Position numbers and translations under genes: made by a program
Assembly: GCA_964016885.1 (NCBI GenBank)
Contig: OZ024742.1
Coordinates: 300,762,001 to 300,826,000 of the forward strand
Reading direction: 5' to 3'
DNA: 64,000 bases
Source: Eledone cirrhosa
Lineage: Eukaryota
In this document: positions 55,300 through 64,000 of the stretch, piece after piece
Numbering within the stretch: position 1 is the first letter of the stretch
Layout: every line of letters starts with the position of its first letter
Notes under the pieces: model-generated
Told to the model about the DNA's origin: nothing
Seen by the model: the letters and a program-made list of their open reading frames with translations, nothing else
Database searches by the model: none

Positions 55300-55598
55300 A
55301 TACACATCCTTCCACACAATTCTGTCCACACTGTAAAGTGGCCACGTTAATATCATGATAAAAACACCCAACCCACTCTGTAAAGTGGTTGTTACAGTAC
55401 CACAATAAAAAGCACCCAGTCCACACTGTAAGGTGGTCATGTAGGTATCATTAAGAAGGGCATCCATCTGTAAAAACCAAGCCCAAAACAGTTCTGTATG
55501 AGCAAGACACGGTCACCTGACCTGACTTATTAAAATAGAACAACTCGTCAAACCCATGTTAACGTGGAAAAATAACGTTAAATGGTGATGATGATGAT
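55300..55598 (+). mobile_element. Older RTE 3'-UTR fragment
   Basis: CCACACTGTAAAGTGG repeats, AAGGGCATCCA and a GATGATGAT tail. Confidence 0.65.
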
Positions 55599-56056
<458 letters not shown>

Positions 56057-56221
56057 ATACTTTGGGAGGGTCACGTTGCCAATAAGAAACACACGCACCA
56101 GTTGCTTTCACTTCAATTTATTATATATTTATAAATTTATATTTACAAATCTACAAATTTATAAAATTTATAAATTTCTGGTTGGTTGGTTGGTTCCACA
56201 ACCAGATAGTTGTTTATATAT

Positions 56222-56266
56222 AGTCATAGTCCTTTCGTCACACACTCTGTGACCTCTTCAGTGACT
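56222..56266 (-). ncRNA. Type I minimal hammerhead ribozyme in the PLE 3' region
   Basis: Reverse complement of 61106-61150. Confidence 0.8.
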
Positions 56267-56470
56267 GGGGATTCCTTTCTTTGTTTCTGTGCCTTTCCTT
56301 TCTTCTGTCCTACGCCATTTTGTTTCTGTGTGTGTGTTGTGTGCTCAGTTTGCGCATGCGCCACATCCGGGTGTCTGTGTGTGTTTGTGTTCATTTATCT
56401 ATTTGTTTATTTATTTACATGTTGTTGGTTGGTTGTTTGTTCTATGTGTGTGTGTGTTTTCATTTTGTCC

Positions 56471-59400
56471 TTAATTGTAAGTTGTGATGTTGCTGTTCCA
56501 CTCATATTTTCTATTTAATTTTGGTTGTAATTCTTTTATGTTTACTGCCTCTGTAATTTGTCTAAACATTGCATCTTTTCTGTGTGTAGATTCTATTTTT
56601 ATTTCTATGTTCTCTAATTTACCCTTGTGTTCTATCTTAGCATGTTGGTAGAGTACAGATGATTCTTTATTATCTTGAAGGTCTCGCCAGTGTTCATTTA
56701 TCCGTTCCCCTATACTACGAGCTGTCTCACCTATGTACACTATATTTTTGTTTCTACATTGTCCTTCAGTACATCTTATGCTATATACTACATTTCTAGT
56801 TTTACAGTTAATATGGGGGCTTATTTTACAGGTTATACATTTCTTATCTATACATGAGGGTCTTTGGAACGGGTATGTCTTGCTAATAAGTGTTTTTACG
56901 GAGGTACCTGGTCTTTCTACTATCTTAATATTGAGTTTATGTTTATTTAGGGCCCTTCTAAATTTGTAGGCTAGTTCGCCTCTAGGGGTTGTATTGATGA
57001 ACATTACACTCTGGTATTTATTGCTATCATACCATGAGTTTATTCTATTGGCCTTGTTCCTAGTTCTTTCTATTCTATTCCAAAATTTGCTCCTATACAA
57101 GGGGCAGGTCCCATTTATGTCATTATTTACCATTTTTTCCCATTTGGTTCTGGCTCCTCTATACACTCTGATTCTATCTCTCTGATTGTAGCCAGAGAAC
57201 TGCATACGGTGGATGAAGTGTTGTATGTGTTTCTCTAGTTCTTCGGGGTTGCACATGCGGGACACATTTCTCATCACCCGTACCAAATCCGCAATCAGTA
57301 TGTTGATTTTGGTATGGTCCGAAATGGCCGAGTTTCGGTGGATCAGATGTTTGGAAGTCATGGGTTTGGCATAATGGGAACGGAGGATTTGTTTTTGGTT
57401 GTTAATGGTATCTAACCAGAGCTCTGTGTCTAGTACAGGTAATCGATGGTTGGGGTGTCTACTTGGGTAGTCTATAGTAACTCTAATGCTCTGGTGGATG
57501 GAGTTTGCTATTTGCTGGATGCTTTCCATTGTGTTTTTCTCTAGTTCCTGACTGTTCTCTAGTGGGGGTGTCTTAACTACGATGTTTATATCATCTACGT
57601 AGCGGGAGTACATTATCAGGGTTAAGCTGTCTTCTAATTGTTCTTTAAGTTTAAGTTTAAGTCTACTGTCCCACCATACCATGAATAAGTTAGCTATGTC
57701 GCCTGCAATGCTAACACCAATGGCTGCTCCTTCCTCTTGGGCATATGTTTTTCCATTAAATTTGAACATATGTTCCTTAAGGGTTAATTTTATGCTGGCC
57801 CCTACCGCATGTGCAATCATTTTCTTCAGTTCATCGTGGTTTTCGGGTGTCCGTATGGCTCTGGTCCACCCGTTCCATCTATCTGTGTGGGTTTTCTTGG
57901 CCATTGAGGTAATGGTAGGTGGTCTGCCTCTTGCTGGTCTTGTAGGGCACAGGTTGCTAAGGTCATAAGTGTCTAGGTTACTATTACTATGGGTAAGCTT
58001 AAGTAGAAGTCCCAGCTCACTGGTATCAATCCCACGGAACTCAACCTTGCTCTCACTGATCATTTCTACGCATTTCTCCACAGCAAAATCCACGTCAATA
58101 GATGGATACAGGGACACAACATCCATACTGCCTATTATGCAGTTTGTTAGGTCCCCAGATCGGTTACTCACGCCGATTCTGCTGAGGAGGTCCTCCGTGC
58201 TGTCACATACATCTGGGGACATCTCAATGATGGGGCGTATGATCAGGGAGAGGAAGTAGGACAGTCTGTAGTTACTAGCAATGTTAGCTCCACAGACTGG
58301 CCGTGTTGGTGGTCCCGCGACAGGGTCACAGCCCGTTTTATGGTCTTTTCGAAGCCCATACAACGCCGGCACGTCATTGTTCCAGGCCTGGAAGTTGTTG
58401 GAAGTCCTTTTGTTGGGCTGCATTATATTCGTCCACATCACCATATGGGCATTGAGGGCTTTTTCTCTATCCTCATGCTCCTGTGGTGTTACCTCTCTTG
58501 TGTTAGTGATGTGGGGTTGCATTGCCTGGATGTAGTTTGGCAGGCTTTCAACCGACATTCTGCCAGACTTGTCTGTTGGAAAGCATGCTATCTCTCCATT
58601 ACGTGAGCGCTGCATGAGCTTACGCAAGCCATTTGCAGATTTTTCTCCCAGTTTCTGGGCCTCTATTCTATTATGCTTCTTGCTATACTGTTCTATAATA
58701 TTTCTAAGTTCGGATCTAGCTATACTAAATTGTGCTTCTGTTTGTTCATCGACCTGCGACGGCAACTGCGTGCGTTTGTTAAATGGTAAAGTCGTGGCGT
58801 GGACTCGTCGCAGGTCGAATGATTTATCGGAGGGATTATAAAACGGAGAGTTCCAGGCTGCTGCCTTATGTGTACTAGTGCTATTGTTATTGTTAGTTGT
58901 GTTGTTTCTATTTCTATTTCCACCAACAGCCTCATGGTTGTTTCTATGTCTCTCATAATTACTCCTGTCTCTTTCCACTGGCTCAATGTTGTTATCTACC
59001 CTATTTTGTGTGTCTGTGTGTTCGTCTTGGTTATTCTCTTTGTCCTTAGTCTCCCTTCTCCTTTTCCTTTTAATCCTATTACTTTCCCTTATTTCTGTGA
59101 TTTCTGTGCTACTGTCATTACTTGTTTTCTGTGTCTGTGTGTTTGTTAAGATTGTGGTGGTGGTGAGAGGCATTGAATGCGTGTGTGTTGTTGTTGTTGA
59201 TGTGTGCTGTAGTTGATGTGTGTTGTTGTTGTCTCCGTGTGTGTTATCGTTGTTGTGTGTGTTGTTATTGTTGTTTGTGTCTGCGTGTCTGTTGTTGTTG
59301 TTTCTGGGTATGTTGCTATTGTTGTTGTTGTTGTTGATGTGTGTGTTGTTGTTATTGTTGTTTGTGTCTGTGTGTCTGTTGTTGTTGGGATGTGTGTTGT

Positions 59401-59565
59401 ATATGTGTGTGCGTATATTGTTGCTTTTGTTTTTGATGCTCCAGCTTAGTTTTGTAAATGATTTTTCTATTTCTGACAGACAACTAATCATATTTACCTT
59501 CTTGAATGTCGCAAATTTCGGCGGCAAACATAACACAGACATTTCATCATTATCTATTTTTGCGT
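56471..59565 (-). CDS. PLE polyprotein: reverse transcriptase + C-terminal GIY-YIG endonuclease (open frame, N-terminus probably truncated)
   Basis: LYGLRKDHK, PTRPV, SMDVVSLYPSI, QEEGAAIG, RYVDD, LPVLD; Cys linker CIDKKCITC; NVVY...YIGETARS...RINEH. The ORF-track start (59689) lies in antisense of the inverted arm; the first own ATG is at 59542. Confidence 0.93.
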
Positions 59566-60899
59566 TAGGGGCCAGCATAAAATTAACCCTTAAGGAACAT
59601 ATGTTCAAATTTAATAGAAAAACATATGTCCAAGAGGAAGGAGCAGCCATTGGTGTTAGCATTGCAGGCGACATAGATAACTTATTCATGGTATGGTGGG
59701 ACAGTAGACTTAAACTTAAACTTAAAGAACAATTAGAAGACAGCTTAACCTTGATAATGTACTCCCGCTACGTAGATGATATAAACATCGTAGTTAAGAC
59801 ACCCCCACTAGAGAACAGTCAGGAACTAGAGAAAAACACAATGGAAAGCATCCAGCAAATAGCAAACTCCATCCACCAGAGCATTAGAGTTACTATAGAC
59901 TACCCAAGTAGACACCTCAACCATCGATTACCTGTACTAGACACAGAGCTCTGGTTAGATACCATTAACAACCAAAAACAAATCCTCCATTCCCATTATG
60001 CCAAACCCATGACTTCCAAACATCTGATCCACCGAAACTCGGCCATTTCGGACCATACCAAAATCAACATACTGATTGCGGATTTGGTACGGGTGATGAG
60101 AAATGTGTCCCGCATGTGCAACCCTGAAGAACTATAGAGACACATACAACACTTCATCCACCGTATGCAGTTCTCTGGCTACAATCAGAGAGATAGAATC
60201 AGAGTGTATAGAGGAGCCAGAACCAAATGGGAAAAAATGGTAAATAATGACATAAATGGGACCTGCCCCTTGTATAGGAGCAAATTTTGGAATAGAATAG
60301 AAAGAACTAGGAACAAGGCCAATAGAATAAACTCATGGTATGATAGCAATAAATACCAGAGTGTAATGTTCATCAATACAACCCCTAGAGGCGAACTAGC
60401 CTACAAATTTAGAAGGGCCCTAAATAAACATAAACTCAATATTAAGATAGTAGAAAGACCAGGTACCTCCGTAAAAACACTTATTAGCAAGACATACCCG
60501 TTCCAAAGACCCTCATGTATAGATAAGAAATGTATAACCTGTAAAATAAGCCCCCATATTAACTGTAAAACTAGAAATGTAGTATATAGCATAAGATGTA
60601 CTGAAGGACAATGTAGAAACAAAAATATAGTGTACATAGGTGAGACAGCTCGTAGTATAGGGGAACGGATAAATGAACACTGGCGAGACCTTCAAGATAA
60701 TAAAGAATCATCTGTACTCTACCAATATGCTAAGATAGAACACAAGGGTAAATTAGAGAACATAGAAATAAAAATAGAATCTACACACAGAAAAGATGCA
60801 ATGTTTAGACAAATTACAGAGGCAGTAAACATAAAAGAATTACAACCAAAATTAAATGGAAAATATGAGTGGAACAACAACATCACAACTTACAATTAA
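59566..60899 (+). pseudogene. Duplicated C-terminal RT + GIY-YIG frame of the PLE with a premature stop
   Basis: Same peptide as the minus copy from GASIKLTLKEH onward. TAG at 60135-60137 replaces Glu, and there are about nine missense differences. Confidence 0.9.
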
Positions 60900-61105
60900 G
60901 GACAAAATGAAAACACACACACACATAGAACAAACAACCAACCAACAACATGTAAATAAATAAACAAATAGATAAATGAACACAAACACACACAGACACC
61001 CGGATGTGGCGCATGCGCAAACTGAGCACACAACACACACACACAGAAACAAAATGGCGTAGGACAGAAGAAAGGAAAGGCACAGAAACAAAGAAAGGAA
61101 TCCCC

Positions 61106-61150
61106 AGTCACTGAAGAGGTCACAGAGTGTGTGACGAAAGGACTATGACT
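61106..61150 (+). ncRNA. Type I minimal hammerhead ribozyme in the PLE 3' region
   Basis: AGTCA CTGAAGA G GTCAC-agagtgt-GTGAC GAAA GGAC TA TGACT: 5-bp stem I, 5-bp stem II, 2-bp stem III. Predicted cleavage after 61145. Confidence 0.8.
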
Positions 61151-61332
61151 ATATATAAACAACTATCTGGTTGTGGAACCAACCAACCAACCAGAAATTT
61201 ATAAATTTTATAAATTTGTAGATTTGTAAATATAAATTTATAAATATATAATAAATTGAAGTGAAAGCAACTGGTGCGTATGTTTCTTATTGGCAACATG
61301 ACCCTCCCAAAGCATAACAATATCGGAAATAA

Positions 61333-61551
61333 ACAAGCAACGAAAGATTTATGATAAACTCTATATATGTGTTTGTGTCTATATTGTATCTGTATTATTT
61401 TTGACCGTCGGTCAGTCAATGGCAACATTGAGGACCGAGTAAGTTAGATTACCGATATAAAAGACAGCGAGAAGCGAAAACCAACCAAACAGTGAGTGTG
61501 TTCTGTTATTAATTCTGGCAATATTACACAAATATGACCCTCCCCAAGTAT

Positions 61552-61556
<5 letters not shown>
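61333..61556 (+). mobile_element. 3' end of a second, related PLE family followed by (TA)n
   Basis: Homologous to the arms of 62796-63260. Starts within a half hammerhead (GCAAC GAAA GATT TA) and ends GACCCTCCCCAAGTATAACAA(TA)n. Confidence 0.75.
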
Positions 61557-61605
<49 letters not shown>

Positions 61606-61878
61606 CGTCAATAAATACACCAGGATTTTTTCATTCTGATGATTGAAAGCAACATTTTTTTGCTTTTAAGAAACCACTGGTAAATGAAATAATTGCCTTA
61701 TGTTGTTTATTACATAACTATTAAGCTCTGTTACCTACATAGAGCACTCTTTTTTCCTGGACTTTTCCGACGGAATTACTTCATTTATATATATATATAT
61801 ATATATGTAAAAGGTAAACAGAAATAACAACAGAATCGGTACAGTATTAGGTTAAGGCTTGAAATAGCAGGAAGAGGG

Positions 61879-61914
61879 TCTTAACGTTTCGGACGCTAGT
61901 TCTTCATCAGAAGA
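61879..61914 (-). ncRNA. Type I minimal hammerhead ribozyme (dimer-dependent stem III)
   Basis: Minus strand TCTT CTGATGA AGAAC-tagc-GTCC GAAA CG TT AAGA. Palindromic ACGT stem III, one mismatch in stem II. Confidence 0.62.
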
Positions 61915-62062
61915 AAGAATGAGAAATTAGAAAGATTGAAAGGATGGGTGGAATTGGGGAAAATGTTTTTAGAGAAAAATAACGGGTCCATTCATGTTGC
62001 CATATCTCCTTTCACACCGATGTTTATATTTTTCTTGGTACAATACTTGCTTATATTATAAT

Positions 62063-62712
62063 CGTCATCATCATCATCATTTTACGTCCGCTTTTCACTG
62101 CTTGCAATGGTGTGATGGGTCCTATTCAGCACAGCATCTCTCCACTTGTCATGGTCCTTCGTCACCTCCTCCGTGAGCTTCAGCGATCTGAGGTCCGTTC
62201 TCACCACCTCCACCCATGTTTTGCGTGGTCTTCTTCTACTGCATCTTGCTTCTACTGGGATTTCTTGGCACTTCTTTACCCAACGGTCTCCTCCATGCGC
62301 ATCACATGTCCATACCATCTCAGTCTTCTCTCCTGCATACTACAACTTATCCCTCCTATACACAGTTTCTCTCTCAACTCAACCATGCTTGGTCATTCAC
62401 GTACATTGACATTGCACATCCAACGGAGCATGCTTGCTTCATTTCTCTCCAGCCATCACATATCCTCTGCAGTTGCTGCCCATGTCTCACTACCATGCAG
62501 CATCACGCTCCTCACGCAGGCATCATATAACCAGCCTTTCGTACACAGGGAGAAACCCTTCTTTGTCAGCAGAGGAAACAGCTCCCTAAACTTCTTCCAA
62601 CCCATCCTTATTCTAGATGTTATGGCCTCAGAACACCCTCCCTCCCATGGTAATCTGATCACCTAGGTACCAGAAGCTATCAACTACTTCTATAGAACCT
62701 ACTTGCATTTGA
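62063..62712 (-). mobile_element. RTE LINE 3' fragment
   Basis: GGCSEAITSRIRMGWKKFREL...LYDACVRSVMLHGSETWA and a (GAT)n tail. Confidence 0.87.
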
Positions 62713-62723
62713 AAAATGTGTCT

Positions 62724-62795
<72 letters not shown>

Positions 62796-62800
<5 letters not shown>

Positions 62801-63260
62801 ATACTTTGGGAGGGTCATATTGTTGTAATAATATTGCCAGAAATAATAACAGAACATACTCACTGTTTGGTTGGTTTTCGCTTCTGTATCTTTTATATCT
62901 CCACAGTTAATTCATTTGGTCCTAATGTTTATCATTGACTGACCAACGGTCAAAAATACAGATATAATATAGATATAAACACATATATATATAGTCTAAC
63001 AAAGTTCTTTCGTTGCACATCTGCAACATCATCAGTGGTACTATTATGTTCCTCCTGTTGTATTGTATATCTACGCCATTTTTATTTTATCTGTATTTTT
63101 TACCGTTGGTCAATCAATGATAAACATTGAGGACCAAATGAATTAACTGTGGAGATATAAAAGATACAGAAAACCAACCAAACAGTGAGTGTGTTCTTTT
63201 ATTATTTCTGGCAATATGACAACAATATGACAACAATATGACCCTCCCCAAGTATAACAA
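62796..63260. mobile_element. Fold-back mini-element of the second PLE family (~170-bp inverted arms, both 3' ends outward)
   Basis: 62796-~62963 is inverted at ~63088-63260. Both termini read GACCCTCCC(A/C)AAGTATAACAA. Confidence 0.82.
62997..63040 (-). ncRNA. Type I minimal hammerhead ribozyme
   Basis: Minus strand TACCA CTGATGA T GTTGCA-gatg-TGCAAC GAAA GAAC TT TGTTA. Same architecture as 61106: one extra base after the core and a 2-bp stem III. Confidence 0.7.
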
Positions 63261-63829
63261 TATTTGTTTCGACACACGATTTCATATCAAAAACCTCGCA
63301 AAACAAATATATATGTGTGTGTGTGTATGTGTGTGTGAGGGTGGGCTGAAAAGTTCATATATATATAATCAGAGTGGATAATATTATATTACTATAAGTG
63401 GCATCCAGCTTTGGCACTCAATGCTATTTCCTGAATAGGATGTCTTGTGTTGAAAGTGTGTATTCACAACACCATTGTTTTGTTATTGGTGCAATTTACA
63501 AAGTAAGTGTTTATATTAAGAGAGAAAGAAATGCAGTTTTATTTTAATATATTTTAGTCATAAGCATGCATAACATATGTTTTGTAAATGATCTTCTTGG
63601 GGCCTTAATTGATTACAATAGACCTGACTCTGGTGTCATCAGATACACAGAAGATCAGACGTCATAAGTGATTAACTCCTCAAACTGATCATTAACGAAA
63701 CATGTTATATATGGTTATGAATAAAATATGTTAAACTGAAACTTCGTTCTGTGTTAATATATAGATGATGTGGCCAAGGTGCATTTCATCATAAATCTGT
63801 TCAATCAGGGCTGACCTAGAATTAAATAG

Positions 63830-64000
63830 TTGTTTCTACTTTAGGCAGAAGACCGGCAATTTGAAGCGGAGAGAAAAGTCGATTATATCGACCCCAGTGC
63901 ATTACTGGTGTGTAATTTTATCAACCCTATAAGGATGAAAGTTAAAGCTAACCTCAGGGTGGGTTGAACTCAGAACGTAAAGGACCGTAACTCTATGCTG
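63830..64000 (-). mobile_element. tRNA-SINE family 1 relative, runs off the window end
   Basis: Reverse strand CTGAGTTCAACCC...GCTTTAACTTTCATCCTTATAGGGTTGATAAAATTACACACCAGTAATGCACTGGG. Confidence 0.75.

Noticed and set aside
59566-59689. MNKLSMSP... as the true N-terminus of the PLE protein
   Set aside because: This segment is the antisense of the duplicated arm.
61630-61660. CTGATGATTGAAAG as a hammerhead
   Set aside because: No stem II and no convincing stem I or cleavage site.

Overview
AT-rich, repeat-dense animal genomic DNA, not prokaryotic. The SINE families, RTE elements with (GAT)n tails and long (TA)n tracts suggest an octopod cephalopod (inference, no search run). The only host gene is a lysosomal alpha-mannosidase (GH38, MAN2B1-like) on the minus strand. 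I traced 14 exons by hand with GT-AG boundaries and compatible phases (54488 to 18696, 1612 nt, 537 codons), plus one tentative exon. The first exon and the C-terminal exons were not found, so probably the whole window lies inside this gene. The introns hold a >=16.9 kb 48-bp satellite, a 4.1 kb 39-bp satellite, LINEs (CR1, RTE, L1/Tx1), two tRNA-SINE families, piggyBac, Tc1 and hAT MITEs, a decayed hAT transposase and two Penelope-like elements (PLEs). One PLE has an open RT + GIY-YIG frame and a ~1.75 kb inverted duplicate arm. The most interesting signal is about a dozen type I minimal hammerhead ribozyme motifs, including a U3-A8 core variant. They sit in PLE 3' ends and in short non-coding fold-back or partial-tandem elements that repeatedly occupy (TA)n microsatellites. 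Most ORFs in the supplied track are repeat artefacts.
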